Assembly (NCBI GenBank): GCA_965649765.1
Contig: OZ287752.1
Coordinates: 37,944,001-38,008,000 of the forward strand
Length of the DNA stretch: 64,000 nt
Direction of reading: 5' to 3'
Source: Bispira polyomma
Lineage: Eukaryota
Shown piece after piece: positions 22,601-35,500 of the stretch. Position 1 is the stretch's first letter. Every line of letters begins with the position of its first letter. The translations under genes and the position numbers were made by a program. Below the pieces are notes generated by a model. That model was not told the origin of the DNA, searched no databases, and saw only the letters and a program-made list of their open reading frames with translations.

Positions 22601-24189
22601 ACAACTGAATCAATTAACCCATCGAGAAGGCCGTAAGGAAGGATGTTTGGGCTGTTCAGGGAGAGGACTAAGGGTGAGTTTAAAGAGATAGGTTTTGAGT
22701 TTTATCCTAAACCTAGAAAGTGTTTCTAGGGATCGAAGCTAAACAGGGAGACCTTTCAATAACATGGGTGCATCACTTCAGGAAGCTCTAGACCCAGCCC
22801 ACTTGGTGGGTTTAACAGAGGAAACAGAAAGTCTCTTTCCTCATTTGAGTTTACTTAGTGGTGATATAGTGGCAGCAATTGAGAAAGCTCTAGTTATATG
22901 CACTCTCTGTTGTTGACCAAGAAGATGAAACCTTACTTAACCACAAAAAAATTCCAGTCTTACCAATATAATTCCTAACATGTGACATCCTGTTAAAATC
23001 ATCTGCAATGACATATTCCTGTAAACAAAAAATAACAATTTTACTCTATTTCACCAGTAACTTGTTTCAATTTAAGTTAATTTATAAATATTGTGAATTA
23101 AATTTGTGATCAATTATTATATATAAATAGGTGAAAAATTAAGAGTACAGAAACAGCACTTATCAGCACAAAATATAAGTTAATGAACACATTCAATTAT
23201 ATGCACAACATTTATATGTAATAATTGTTTTGTTAAAAGTTTCAAGGCAATCATGTGCAATAGAACATCACAATCCTGTTAATACTTTGACTACATACCG
23301 ATATAGTTCCACTACTCTGGCCAATGAAGATCCTTTTTGTCTCAGCATTAAAGTCTAAACATGATGCAGCACCTGTAATAACATAGTGATAAAGAAAATA
23401 TATCTAGAAGCAATAGCTTAGAAGTTACAAGTGAATTACTCAAAGCAGCTATGGGTGCTATTGCTCACTTAGCCACAAGCATAGATATATTTAATGTTCC
23501 TATATTGTAAATTTCAGCAATGCAGAGGAGCCATAGCTTGTCAATGACTGAGGGTAAATGATTTTCATAGAAGTGGTCATGGGCCATGGCGGTCATCTTG
23601 CTTTTCAAAATGAGGCTATGTTAAGTCCTAGGCAACCTTTCATAGCAATGAATATATCCAGCAAAAATTAGAGGACGCTAGCTGCCATAGTGTTCTCGCT
23701 AGAGTGTCAACGAAGAAAATCTATCAATGTACAGCGGCAGCATAGGCGTAGCCATGCATGATCAACTGTAAATATCCTTTATTACTAGGTTCAGATGTTT
23801 CATGATGATTTCAATAATTACATGTTATATCACAAAATGGACAGTTTTTCTGGTAGATAAAACCACCAGGAAAGCACTTTTTAAAATTGTTTTATATATG
23901 AAAGATATTGTGTATGTTTATTCTTTTTGTATTTAAATTTTACAAGGACATTTTATCAGTGATGCACAAAGTAAGTATATAGCTAACAAATAACCGAATA
24001 GTACAAGGCTAACACTTACCAAATGACAACTAAATGGAATATAACTTTCAGCTTTAATGTATATAGCATCATCTCTGACAAAAACTCTTATAAAATTTTG
24101 CAGAAAGAAATGGCTACTTACATGGCATAGTGTGGCAAATGCTTGGCCAATATTGTCCTGTGTCTCTCTTTAGCCATACCCTAACTGTT
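10591..24189 (-). CDS. WDFY2: WD repeat and FYVE domain-containing protein (WDFY1/2 orthologue), spliced; exon 1 and FYVE-core exon not found
   Basis: GT-AG exons: 24189-24122, 23372-23299, 23018-22964, 21808-21658, 20953-20841, 20067-19941, 19267-19162, 18758-18657, [missing], 13172-13064, 10620-10591. Phases are compatible except across the missing exon. Diagnostic peptides: [61 protein letters not shown]. Confidence 0.93.
11470..13102 (-). repeat. Compound minisatellite (26-bp and 50-bp units) derived from the WDFY2 exon/intron boundary
   Basis: Sense-strand units are GACAAAGACAGGGTGATAAAG|GTGAGTACAAAGAATTACTGCTTACAGTG (50 bp) and ACAGGGTGATAAAG|GTGAGTACAAAG (26 bp). About 3 outlying copies lie at 10890-11035. 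Confidence 0.95.
13064..13172 (-). CDS. WDFY2: WDFY2 penultimate exon ([36 protein letters not shown])
   Basis: tattgcag|C...AAG|gtaggt; 109 nt, phase 2 to phase 0. Confidence 0.9.
16110..16290. repeat. About 50-bp tandem repeat, 3-4 copies
   Basis: A unit resembling ACTGGTGAGGGGTAGTGG...ACTACTCTTTGTAT is repeated. Confidence 0.75.
17280..18193. mobile_element. Helentron/HINE-like non-autonomous element with 169-bp tandem array, probably truncated
   Basis: CTCTATCTCGCAC occurs at 17292, 17461, 17630 and 17762. A GACG/GGAC microsatellite precedes the terminal hairpin ATGTCCACCCC...GGGGTGGACAT (18163-18190). Confidence 0.7.
18657..18758 (-). CDS. WDFY2: WDFY2 exon, FYVE N-terminal half ([34 protein letters not shown])
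   Basis: ttctccag|...CAG|gtaaag; 102 nt; contains WxxD and the first CxxC of the FYVE domain. Confidence 0.92.
18762..19092. repeat. About 72-bp tandem repeat, 4-5 copies, abutting a WDFY2 acceptor
   Basis: (C)ATTGG occurs at 18778, 18850, 18924, 18995 and 19068. Confidence 0.8.
19162..19267 (-). CDS. WDFY2: WDFY2 exon ([35 protein letters not shown])
   Basis: 106 nt, ag/gtatgt boundaries, WD40 repeat. Confidence 0.9.
19941..20067 (-). CDS. WDFY2: WDFY2 exon ([42 protein letters not shown])
   Basis: 127 nt, canonical boundaries, WD40 repeat. Confidence 0.92.
20473..20744. mobile_element. MITE family A, copy 3
   Basis: TAGAGTAAGGAATCTAAAATT...TTTAGATTCCTTATTCTA. Confidence 0.75.
20841..20953 (-). 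CDS. WDFY2: WDFY2 exon ([37 protein letters not shown])
   Basis: 113 nt, phase 2 to phase 1. Confidence 0.92.
20954..21657 (-). other. U12-type (minor spliceosome) GT-AG intron
   Basis: 5' splice site GTATCCTT. The 3' end tttttCTTGACaatatggtacag has a U12-like branch sequence about 12 nt from the AG and no polypyrimidine tract. Confidence 0.85.
21342..21633. mobile_element. piggyBac-like MITE inside the U12 intron
   Basis: TTAA-CCCCTT...AAGGGG-TTAA. The internal TGTCGACTGCT.GCC.AC motif is shared with fragments at about 6480-6680 and 20140-20380. Confidence 0.6.
21658..21808 (-). CDS. WDFY2: WDFY2 exon ([51 protein letters not shown])
   Basis: 151 nt, cttacag| ... GA|gtatcctt. Confidence 0.92.
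22620..22850 (-). mobile_element. L2/CR1 LINE 3'-end fragment
   Basis: Translates to [22 protein letters not shown], matching the end of the LINE at 61.8 kb. Confidence 0.65.
22964..23018 (-). CDS. WDFY2: WDFY2 exon ([18 protein letters not shown])
   Basis: 55 nt, tttacag|...G|gtaaga. Confidence 0.88.
23299..23372 (-). CDS. WDFY2: WDFY2 exon ([25 protein letters not shown])
   Basis: 74 nt, ttacag|...TCG|gtatgt. Confidence 0.88.
24122..24189 (-). CDS. WDFY2: WDFY2 exon 2 ([22 protein letters not shown])
   Basis: 68 nt, ttttacag|...T|gtaagt; highly conserved family peptide. Confidence 0.93.
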
Positions 24190-26876
24190 CTGTAAAACAA
24201 GCATATCTACCTGTTATTACTGTCATGGTCATACTATTTTTAGACTATAATGTATACCGCAATTTAAGTACATTTTAAAATGTATTTACAAATGTTTTAC
24301 TGTAAAAATACAATTATTGTATTACAGATACATATGATGTCACTTACCTTTTGGTGACTGACAGTATTGTGAAGACAAAGTAAATTTATTTGTATTTTAA
24401 CCTAATTATGGATTTTTATTTACTTTTGCTATTTAATGCAGAGTTTAGGATAAGAATTCAGCAGTCTGTACATGTACCAACAAACTTAAACCATTATTGT
24501 CCACCTCTTTGATTGAAAAGAGACAATAATCAAAATATTTTTTTCATGAAAGGAGCAGCATATTTGAGGTATGAATAAAGGGAATCATAGAATGAAAGAA
24601 TGGCTGTAATGTTCATTTCCATAAATGTATAGATGCACTTTTGGCAGATTTAAAACTTATCCTGTTCGTTGAAAGCATTTGATCCGTGCTTTCTAAGAAT
24701 ATATTTTACAAAGCACCCCGGGCAGTAGGTACTATGCCATTTTTCCAGTCTCCCTGAACTATATTTCTGAGTCACGGCTAGATAGGATTAACAGTGCTTT
24801 AGAATACAACAATATTGCAAATTGCAACATAAGGTCTTTAATGTTATTACTATTATTGTTTTTTCACTATATATATGTCACATGATGTGTTATTTGTAAG
24901 GCTGCCGCAAATACACAAACTTAATATGCATCAGCATGTGAAGCTTTGTTGCCTGGTAATCTATTTGGTATTTTTATACGTTTTATTGTTCTTGTGTAGT
25001 TTAGTTTATTTGGTTATATATAGTTATTAATGTAGTTTAATATTTATTGCTGTGGATTATTTTTAGCGGCAGCCTTAGTTATTTGTATTTGTGAATCACT
25101 TATTTTATAACAAAGAGTATTAGTTACCTTCAAGTATCTCAGTACCTGCATGTTGTCTCCAAGCAAATAAACTCAAAACAAGGCTATACTGTTAAAGCAC
25201 ATATATTCATGAAGTAAGCCCAAAATCATGGCAAAATGAACAATGTATACATACATCTTAAATGGGTTCATTAAGAAGACTTTTGTAAGTTTTTATACAT
25301 TTTACTGTTTTGGTGTAATTTGATTTATTCACCATATAAATTGTGTTTGTGAATCAATAAATGTTTGATTTTACCTTCAAATATTTATTCCTGTATATTT
25401 CTGTAAACATCCTGAAACCGCCAAGCCATTTCACAATTTAGAAAAGGTATGGCCATGGTCGTTCAAAACGGCAAACTTGTAACATTTATGTTTTCCTACA
25501 ATATAACTTACATAAAGTTACATTTTTAGGTATCGATTATTTATATTTTTTCTAGGCCACACTGTGCTTTTGGGCCCACACTAAAATACGGCCCTTAAGG
25601 AATAAAATATACATGATCGAGTCACAAAGTCCGGACTTAATACAGCTCTATTTTTGCAGTCGAATAATGCATCTGTTCAGGGCCGTTTCAACATCCATGC
25701 CATTTCAAATCGGCTAGGGTGTTGTTTTGACACCCTCATATATTTGTATTGGTGTCTAGTTGGTATGGCCATTTTGATAACAACAAGAATAAATGTTTGA
25801 GAATTTTTTAATAAAAACATTATTTCTTGCTTGGTTTAAACAAAAAATGTATCATTTTAAAGCTTACAACACAGAGTCAATTCTATAAAAATTATACTTG
25901 CTTTTTTAAGTACATCGCTGTTAAACTTATGTGAATAATCAGCTAGAATATTTAAATTTCATTAAATTTATTTTAATAGCGATTTACTGTGTATTTATTT
26001 GATAAATCAGCTGTAATTATGCAATATTAAAATTATCTGTGTTGTACACTTCTTATTTTTAATCATTAATCTTAACATTTATTTTGATGGTGTCAAAATG
26101 GCAACGCAAAATGATGACTGAGGTGGGTGGCAAAACGGCACTCCTTTTAGGCGGCGCCAATTCGAATCGGCGCCGGGTGTCAAAACAGCGCGCAACACAT
26201 TGACTGAACAACTTGTTGTTGCAGCCTGATAAATAATCATCATAAAATAAGTTGTGGAACACAAATATCCCTATAATATTTAGGTTAAACATAACATAAC
26301 TAGTACACTGTCTATGAGTATTGAGCTATGTTAAGAATTATTGGGTATTCTGAAGGATACAAACAAATATTCAGTAGGTCTGTGAGTATGTATACTGTTG
26401 CCAAGATTGCAACAGAAAATGTAAAAGTAGTTGGCTGTTTTTGTGAAATAAGCAATTTAATACGTTTGTGTCTTCTTATATGGATAATTCTTAATGATTC
26501 CAATGGAAATCCTTAGCTAAAAGGATATGCAAGGACCAATGTGCATCTGATCAAATACCTAGTCTAACCAGTAAATATGTGGAGTGACGGAGTATCTTGT
26601 GTTGTGGATACACTTGTGTCAAATTGACACAAATAACTGGTCAGTAGTTACCTAAAGAATATCAAACTCCCTGAGAACGAACACTATGTATTAGTTTGTA
26701 AGCAAACAAATGTATATGTGTACTGTAAGAATTTTGAACTAAAGTAATTTAAATCATAGGTAAAACTGTGCAACCTTTTTTATTGTAATTAGATAATATT
26801 TCTCGTCCTGGATGGTAATGTGTCAGCTTTGAAACATGAAAATCTGTGTAATTCCAAACACTGAACTGAAACATAC

Positions 26877-27067
26877 CTTGAATATTGAATTCAAATTTTT
26901 CGGACCTTTTGTATTCCTTGTTTGATCCAGCTAATGCATTACTCGCAATTCTTTCTTTGGAGTCAACAGTAAAGTGCATGGTTTCTTTTTGTGTGTCATA
27001 GTTTAGTATACTACATGAACTGGCATATCTTTTAGGTTTTTAGGGTACATAAAACTTACAGCCTCAC
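26877..27067 (-). pseudogene. Pseudogenised duplicate of exon 2 of the secreted-protein gene at 39211-42002
   Basis: Same splice sites (ttacattcttcag| ... AAG|gtatgt). A 3-nt deletion removes the first mature Cys, and a 2-nt insertion gives a frameshift and TAA. Flanking introns are homologous. Confidence 0.88.
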
Positions 27068-28283
27068 CTGAAGAATGTAAATAGTACAGCTGAGACAATG
27101 AGAGCATATTTTTATGCTAATTTAGCTGATATCATAAATGTTATTCAGATGGTTTGCAATAAAATTTAAGTATTTAAAAATATTTTTTTTTCAAATATTT
27201 TTTATTTCAATTTTGTTTAAAATGAAGATATAAAATATCTATACAGCAGCCATTAAAACATTCTTGCACCATCAATTAATATTTCCAGAAATGCATAATT
27301 TCCATTATTTTTAAACTGAGGATACATTATTTCTACACGATAAACATTACAACATTGATGTTACTATCCTTTATCATTAAGGGACAACAGATCTTTGGAC
27401 TGGCACATGCTTTGTGTTTTTGGCAATAAAATGTAATTTCAAGTCATGTATAAAGTGAACATTGATCACAAATATTAGGTGAAATGAAGAACTGATGCAT
27501 GCAATGTGTGATATATGTTGTACAAAATGTACAAAATACTTGAATAAATACACATAAAGGTGTAAATTTCATTAGCAAATAACTGTTACAAAATATATGC
27601 AACGGTATGTAAAATGTTTATCTTACAAAACATTTCCATCAGTTGTCTTGTGAAGTGGAATCATCTTGAATTAATATTTATGCATTTGCTTCTATGTCTA
27701 ATATATTGGTCTTTTAGTCTTTATAAAGGTAAACAATTTAACATTTTAAAAAGAACCCAATAATATATATCTTTTCACTTGTAGCTAAATTTTTGTTTAT
27801 TTGTCACAAGGATTACACAGAATTTCTGAACTGATTTACAGGAGGAGAGATGGGCATATCTTGGTAATATATTGTTTTAGATTTCTGGGTTTTGGTGGTG
27901 GTATGAGCTCTACTGGGAGCGCTTCCAGTTGTTAAATATTGTATGACAGCTAAGTGCTTCTTTTTTAATATTAAGAGTTGTGACGAAACACCAGGTTCAT
28001 ATCAGCCAGGAAAGGGCTGTAAGACTGGACGAACTTCTAACCCTGTAAAATTACTAACTTACCAATAATGTTAAAGAATCACATTTTAACACTTTTAAAT
28101 GTGTTTTAAATTATGCATGAAGGTTATTTGATTGTGCAGACCATTTTTATAAGCAATGAGTGTGTACGAGTATTATAAACAATGTACTTTAAGTATATGT
28201 TTACAAGGCAGCTTCATTATTATCACAACAAATTTCATTATAACCTGATTATTTTGTAAATATGGTAATAACTTTCAAAAATC

Positions 28284-28500
28284 ATTAGTTAAAACACTTA
28301 AAGGAATATGAATGCAAAATGTGGTATATGTAATTGTCATACAACATTCACAAATTATTAGTTAAAACACTTGAGGACTATGAATGCAAAATGTGGTATA
28401 TGTAATTGTCATAAAACATTCACAAATTATTAGTTAAAACACTTGAGGACTATGAATGCAAAATGTGGTATATGTAATTGTCATACAACATTCACAAATT
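28284..28500. repeat. About 72-bp tandem repeat, 3 copies
   Basis: ATTAGTTAAAACACTT occurs at 28284, 28357 and 28429. Confidence 0.9.
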
Positions 28501-30628
28501 GTATCTACTCATACCTGATTAAGAGTAAAGCAATGAGATGTCACATTTTTGGTAATACATTTTAAATAAAAGTTTATTGTCAGTTAAATTATTTTTGTAA
28601 CCTCTCAATCACTATATGTCATGGTTTTACACACATAATTATATTTCATGTTAGCATATTTACAATATAATATAAATTTCACTTTTTTACAGATAAATGA
28701 ATATATTATCATTTGACTGATGATACATATACTGTGACTCCCAAATGCTAAAAAGGGAGTAAAATTTGAAATTGTTAAATATCCCTCCAGTGATACCTAA
28801 GATTTTAGTCGAACTAAGATTAATGCTTTAATTTTCTGAACAGTAACCTTCCTATCAAAGATAATGTCCAACAAGTAGTGCTATTTAAAATTTCATTTTA
28901 CCTTATGTCTATTTCAACTGAGTTTATAAAGACTTAATACCATGGAAGGTTGTAAGCCTAGGCCGTCCTTCAGCCGATCCCAATGTCGGCCAATTTATTA
29001 ACATCAGAGCCAATCTGACATCAGCCATTGTAGCGATTCCTTTTATCCAATATGTACTAAAAAAAAATTTTTTTTTAATTTTTGTTCAAAAATCTGACCG
29101 ACCTCCCGATTTTTTTGCTCTCTGACCAATAATATCTGATGGGGAAACAGATAGTGTTTTTGTATGAATTACATATTGTTTAAATTTGTAGGAGTAAATA
29201 TATACTGTCTATAGTGCCATTCTTAAATCAATCTAACACCAAACAAACATGACACTACTTTGATAAGGCCAGTTTGTCATATTCAACCTTTCAAGGACAT
29301 TTTAGGTTACTGTTAGCCACATCATTCTAGTATCCAGACTGAAACATAAGGAATCTCCAAAAATAAATTCTCAAGGTTAGTAATTCAAGTTGGAAATTTA
29401 CCAAGATTTAAACATAAATTATATCAACATACATTGTAGTGAGCTTTTCACTGTTATTCTGGCAACAAAATTTTTTTTTTTTTTCAGAACTAAGAAATAA
29501 TCAAAATAATAATTCTAAAATAACAATAACAAATTTTCCAGTATGTAACACTTACACCTAACTTCTAAATTTGATTTTTATGTTTCAAGGATCATGTTGC
29601 CTGCGAATTCTTTGTAATTATTTTCTTTCATAATATAATGAGTCATATATAATGGCTCATTTGAAAACACGAAGGGCTAGGTAGCAAGTAAAAAAATGAA
29701 ATAATAAATCATAGAATTTGGGACTAAAAGAGCTGAATGTCTGAGAAAATAAACCATCGAAGCAAACAACTAATTTAAATAGATTACATCATTGTCTTAG
29801 AGGTTGTTTGTATCCTATGAATAAATTATGACTGTATTTATTACACTTGTTTCATTTTACTGTAGAATTCATGCTATAAATATCTTGATATTTTGTATAT
29901 AGTGTAGTTGGCGGCGCAGTGAAAAAAAAGAGTAGTTTGTTCAACAATAGTGCCTTCCAAAGGAATTTTAAAATAACGTCATAAACAACAGCTAGAATAA
30001 GTGTCCAAAGCATTAAACAATGTGAGACAACGTTAATGCAATACAGCGAGAAGATAAATGTAGCAGACAAATTATTAGTTCGGGAAATTAGACATCTATT
30101 GTGGAAAGTATTCAGTTTGTTTAAAAAGAAAATATTACACTATAAAAATTTGTGTGCATTTGCGTCTGAGCTATTGCGTCCCTTTAGAAAACTGTCACAT
30201 AAAGCAAACATTTTGTTGTAAGAAAATAAATGGATAAAATAATACTTTCAAAACAAATAATGTTTTTTTTGAGTGGTCAATAAACAGTTCACTATAAACT
30301 CCATGCAATGCTTAGCACTATTCATGTTTCCAAAATACATAAACATAAATAATATTATTAGTAAGTATTTTGACTAATTGATCACCAACCAAGCACAAAC
30401 AAATATGTTTGGCTCTGTTATTGTCAGATACTCTTGATAATTGTTATAATAAATTTCCATTTCTTTGGAAATATTGTTTGTTGATTATTTATTATAGACA
30501 GATATAATCCTTTTTAATATATATATCACATTTGGGGTAGCAACATCGATATTGACAGGTGACGGCATTTGTGGATGCGTGTCCATCATGAAGACATATG
30601 ATGCACACATTACAGCATTGTATATCAT

Positions 30629-30631
<3 letters not shown>

Positions 30632-30708
<77 letters not shown>
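30632..30708. repeat. (TA)n microsatellite
   Basis: Pure TA run of about 77 bp. Confidence 0.98.
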
Positions 30709-30711
<3 letters not shown>

Positions 30712-31049
30712 CCCACTACTATCAATTAATATATGTACACCCAGTGATTCCGTAGCACATTTGTACTACCAAATACATAAATAATAAAAAAAATCACTTT
30801 TATACTCGCATACAATATCAACAAATGTAACCTTCCATTAAAGCCACATTTTATCCAATTTTCTTTCATTTAAAAACATATATTGCTCAAGATATTTTTG
30901 TTTGATTAGTTTTTGTAATCAGTAAATATTCAGCTCTTTACTTCTGCTGGCAAATTTGACGGTCAATACATTTCATTATGACATGTATATCCTAGAGCAA
31001 TAGTTGTCTGGTTTAATTCAAGTGTCATTTTCTTTTTTTTGGTTTATCC

Positions 31050-32480
31050 AGCATTTAACATTATGCCATAGATCTGCCAACCAATGTCTATGTTAGAGCC
31101 CTTTTGGATCTATTTTTTCTATGCAGTAAGCGAAAACAGCTTTCCAGAATGGGTACAAGTTTGCCAATAAAGTGTCATTATCCTCCTAAAATATAGAAGT
31201 TATCTTAAACACCAACAGTATCAAGTAAAAGGTGATACCAAATTTGGTTTCTATTTGACACAATAGCTCCTAACCAGCTCAGTTTTAAGATTTCTCAAAA
31301 TTCTGTACATTTATCAATCCTAGTCCACCTGCTGCATAATCTTTCCATACAGTCTACCTACTTATTTTATCAGGTTTCCCACCCTAAAGATATTCCAAAA
31401 ACATATTGCTTATACCTTGAAGGAGATTGCTTGGTGTAGAAATTGATATAAATAAATGGTTGAACATTGATCGGTAAAACTAATGCTATTTTTTCAATGG
31501 GTGTTAAAGTCCTATATTTCTAAGATTTAAGTATCTGTTTAGCTTTTTTCATAGCTTTGTCAAAATTTGTGGATGAACACTATTTAGATTTGTGGAAAAG
31601 TAATAACTTATAAACTTATGGCCTCCCCCATTAACATCACCTGAAACTCATATTCTGTATTTAGATATTGTACAATGTATGCATTTATATTATGGTATGG
31701 AAGCTTGATCCAATTGATGAAGGATTCATCAAATCTATTGATATTTAATGCTTCAAAAAGTAATTTCCATTAGACATAAAAGCTTTTTCAAAATCAATCA
31801 GCATTATTAGACCAGAAATTTTGTGTTCTCTGTATATTGCAGCTGATGCCAACTTCTGTACAACACAAAGTAGCGAAATGGGATGCCAGTTCTTGATATA
31901 TTTTCTGTCCTCATTTTCTTAAGGTAAACATGTTATTGCAGTTCATCTCATTGATGTTTTTGAGTACTTGGCAAAGTTCTGAAGTAGAATTTACTTCCAT
32001 ACTGGAGATTTGGAAATGTTCTAATTCTTAAGATTTCAATACAGTTTAGAATATTGATGTAATTTATTATGTTATCATTTCTTTCATAAAGGTGACTGTA
32101 ATACTTTTTGACTTCTTGTAAAATTTTATCCAGCTCATTCACAATTGTCCTAATGGAGAGGTCAGGCCTCTTTATAGTTTTATCAACAAATAAGTCTATT
32201 TTCTAACTTGCCCCCGCTCCCCCCAAAAAGATTATGGCTTTTCTCCCTTACTTATCCACTGAATTCTTGCCCTTGTTAGTTTATCTTGATGTTTCTTTCC
32301 TAATTCGATTTTTTTAATCTTTTTTAAATTTTGGTATCAGTTAAGTGGTGATTATATTTTCCAAGTTATGTATGTCTTGTACTAGTCCGACTGCATCATC
32401 ACACTTGTTTTTATTTTAATGTGTTGCAAACTTTATAGTTTCACCTCTTATCCTCAAAAACAAAGAGTTCTAAGAAAAGA
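31050..32480 (-). mobile_element. Degenerate Tx1/L1-clade LINE ORF2 fragment
   Basis: Motifs KNWHPISLLCVVQKLASA, SGLIMLIDFEKAF and GKPDKISR..DYAAGGLGLIN, with many stops and deletions. Confidence 0.8.
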
Positions 32481-32569
32481 TCACTGTTTCCTGTAAATCA
32501 AATATAATCTTTACTCCTAACAAATTTAGGAGAGAAGGTAAATCGTATTTTACCTTTTCATCATTAATT

Positions 32570-35500
32570 TATAAGGCAGCGCCCCCAGCATTAGTGCTTT
32601 CAGTTTTTGGGGTACCAGACTTTTTTCTTAATTGTAACGCTTCATTGGCTGCGGATGTCCCTATATAAAGATGTGCCATTTGAATGTCCCGTTTTTAAAA
32701 ACATTAGCCATACACAGAACATCACTTTAAAGCAAATGTTGAAAATTTCCAGAAATGGGGTAAAAAACTGAGGGCGTTAACGCAGTGGGCAATCACCATT
32801 TGGGTAGTATGTTTTATAATTAATATTTCAGGAACAGCATTTGCTGGAGAAATCTGTTGTAAATAAAATGTTGTTGTATCATAGAGGTAAACAGACTCGC
32901 TGCACTTGCAGCGACGCTGTTTTAAAGCGTCTAAAATGTTTAAAGGTGTCAAAAATACAGAGACTACAAGCATTGGAAGGAAAATGGGTGTTGACGTCCT
33001 GGGTGAAGCCCCCTTTGTCTCGGCCATGCGAAACAAAAGAAATACTTGTGAGTTGGGACGAAGGACTTCCACCACTGTTGTAAATAGACATGTCACCAAA
33101 CCCATGAATGAGATGGGGGGTCAAATTGTGTTACATAATAGATTTCTTCCACTCTGCCAAATCATTGTTGAACCCGGCAGCAATGGGGAGGAGGGGGGAG
33201 GAAACAGAACAGGTTGTTGATATTGTATATAACCAAAAAGCCAGTGTTGACTTGGTGTCGCACACGGCCGATATAAAAAAAACATATTCAATTAGTGTCA
33301 CCACAGATGATGGGGACAAACACTCTCTCAAATTGAAACAAAAATGTAACAAGCAAGAACTGTTTGCGAAAGCTCAGTCAAATAACACTTACATTCAATG
33401 GAAAGCCCAAAATGAAATTGAATATGGCCTTACACCTCTGTCCACATTAGGTTGTAAAATCTGGGACGTTGTTAATAGTAACCACAAATTCAGCATTTTT
33501 GAAATGCATAACAAATTAAGACAAGATGGTAGACAAAATTTTAAGGGTCTCCAGCTTGCCGTTGAGTCACAGTTAAATGCTAACAAGTGAAGCAAATACC
33601 TTGAAAACTATTTGGACTGGCAGCTTCCTTTGCTTATTAAGTATGGCTTTCTGTTTGGGGGCATTCTTAGCTCTTTCACCAACTCACCGATTGAAAACCT
33701 GCACTGTTTGCCGATTATTACTCGGGAGAAATCCAGCTCAGCTAATAGGCGCGTTATTATCAATTTAAGCTGGCCACATGGTCAGTCAGTTAATGCTGGG
33801 CTTTTCCCACCTGTTATCTAGATACAGAATTCATATCCTTCTATAGATAATATTACCAGTGAGGTCACTAAGTTGAGCAGATGTTGCCATATATATAAGG
33901 TGGATGTAAGTCGTGCATTCAGGCACGTCCCCATTGACCCTGGGGATATTAACTTGCTGGGCCTAAAATGGAAGGGTTTTTATTTAGATAAGTGCCTTTC
34001 CTTTGGATACCAGAACGGGTCCACTAATTTTCAAAAACTCTCGAACGCGGTTAGATATATTATGAGGGTCATAACATTCACAACTACATCGATGATTTTC
34101 TTGTTGCTAATTTGCCCAGCAAAATCGTACCTAGTTACAACTGGTTGCAGCAAGAACTTGGTCTCATGGTTAGTAGTAAAAACTTGGTGGAACGAAGCAC
34201 ATGTGTCGTGTGCCTAGGAATCCTCATTGACATCGAAACATTCACTTAGTCCATACCAGAGGAAAAATTATGTGAAATCAGAGATAAATGTCTGTCTTGG
34301 CAGGAAAACACATTGTACTAAAAAAGAGTAACAGTAGCTCCCTTTTGTATGTGGCTAAATGCATTAAGTATGCATGAATATTTCTTAACAAGATGCTGCA
34401 AATACTGCATGATTATTATGGAAAAACCAGATTTCACGTCACAAAGGAATTTAGACAAGATCTGAATTGGTTTACCAAGTGTGTCAGAGAATACAATGGG
34501 AGAGCTTTTTCTCCCATAAGCCTGTACATGCACAAGTCGAATTAGATCTCTGTCTAACTGGTATGGGGGTATCTGTGGGGACCAAGTGTATAAACTCAAA
34601 GTACCAGTCAGTATGACCAATGATAATATCGCTGAGCTTGAAATGATTAATATCCTAGTAGCTCTCAAACTTTTTTTCAGTATATGGCAAGGTAAAAAAG
34701 TACTGTTTAAGTGTGATAATCAGGCAGTAGTGAGTGTACTTGAAACTGGACGTACCCAGGATCCGAAATTAGCCTGTTACACCAGAAACTTATATATGTG
34801 GGCCAGTCGGTTTGATATAGAAATCAGGGTGATTCACATTATCGGCGTCAAAATCAATATTGCAGACTTATTGTCGTGTTGGGATAAAAGCAATAATTAT
34901 GACCAGTTGTTGGCAGAATTGGCAGGTCCAGTCAATGGCTGCAAGCAGATGCCAATCTGCTATGGGTCGGCATGTAGGCGCCTTCATTATGCATTTGCTG
35001 CCTCAATTGCCAAGGCCTATGACAGGATGTTTATGCTCTTTGTCTCTTTTGGGGCCTTTATGAATTGGCCCCCATCTCAGGTGACTGTATTTAAACTCTT
35101 ATGTTTTCTTGAGTTCTTAAATTATAATTCCATGTCAGCCTCACAAATTGCTAACCACCTGTCAGCAGTAAAAGCTAAGTGCATTCTGTTTCATATTAAT
35201 GTACAGTGTTTTTCTGATCCGATAATATCATATTTCAGTTGGGCTCTAGCTTTACACCAACTATTGCAAGCTAAACTTAAAAGCCTATTTGATATTCCCT
35301 TGCTCACGGCCCTTGTGTCAAAATGTGATCGCACATATATGGGCCAGATATTCAAGGCAATATACCTGACCAGTTTCCTACGACTGTCAATCTTATGCCC
35401 CCACTCAGTGGTGGCTTTTTCCCCTTTAACGCATTTAGCTAGAGGTGATGTAATTTTTAAACCTGGCTATGTTACTCTATTAATCAATTGGTCTAAAACC

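Noticed and set aside
30552-30755. ORF with a poly-(IY) tract
   Set aside because: Translation of a (TA)n microsatellite.
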